A stretch of 62,877 nt of DNA, filler included, from Basidiobolus ranarum (lineage: Eukaryota), in assembly GCA_040143965.1 (NCBI GenBank). It is 9 parts of 9 records of this genome, joined end to end, with 100 filler letters (N's around TTAATTAATTAA, not from the genome) between each part and the next. Parts side by side here need not be neighbours in the genome. Positions count along the whole stretch, not along the records: positions 56,003 to 62,877 come from JASJQH010001224.1; 8 more parts are not named here. One strand, written 5' to 3'. Below the pieces are notes generated by a model, which did no database searches, was not told the origin of the DNA, and saw only the letters and a program-made list of their open reading frames with translations. Numbering within the stretch: the first letter of the stretch is position 1; each line of letters opens with the position of its first letter. Of this stretch, positions 62,451-62,877 are shown piece after piece. Position numbers and translations under genes: made by a program.

Positions 62451-62877
62451 CAACTCTTGCCAGGACACAATCATAATGTCTACTTTGATACTAAAGCTTG
62501 CTGAAAAAAACAAAACTTTAAACTTACATAAGGTACCACAACTTTCATATATTAATAGGTACACCACCATACAAAAACATAAGTCCATTTTTTTTAAACT
62601 TAGCCCTTTTTCTAATGTATCCATGTTGGATAGTTAATCTTTATTCAACATCTGAGTTAACTTTAGTTATGATACATATATCAGAAACAGAAAGCAACAT
62701 ATATGAGACACTTACACTTTAATTAGGAATACCTCTATATCAATATAACTAGAATGTCTTATTACCCCCACTTATTTATTATATCTTAATACACAAACTC
62801 CTGAACATCCCAAATAATTGATTTACTTCTTTGCTATATAAGTCACCAAATTCTCTCAAGAGTAAAGTAGCTAAAAC

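Overview
Eukaryotic, AT-rich sequence with short GT-AG introns and CTAAC-type branch points. Gene content suggests an early-diverging fungus, possibly Basidiobolus-like (inference). The window is not one locus: it is nine ~6.9-kb pieces joined by identical 100-nt N/TTAATTAATTAA/N linkers, so adjacency across linkers means nothing. Segments 1, 3 and 5 and the second half of 7 are transposon graveyards: nested, decayed Ty1/Copia elements with a half-tRNAiMet-type PBS, solo LTRs with 5-bp TSDs, and decayed CACTA/EnSpm (Tnp2) transposases. All are strongly CpG-depleted. The gene-rich segments carry a CAP-domain protein, VAM7, MIS12, RPL42/eL42, LUC7, a Dpb3/POLE4-like histone-fold gene, SLX1, NPP1/ENPP, an ABCB half-transporter end, an ALMT/FUSC-type protein, ATG29, a TauD-family pseudogene, YIP4/YIPF6, HSP90, an Amt/Mep transporter and a large multi-TM surface protein. 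The most unusual locus is 7.7-9.4 kb. It holds a spliced, apparently mitochondrion-targeted, catalytically dead homologue of bacterial-type cytidylate kinase (Cmk). This gene is flanked by two near-identical ~185-nt box C/D snoRNA-like genes, each with a 5' extension and its own TATA box. All calls come from reading the sequence; no database searches were run.
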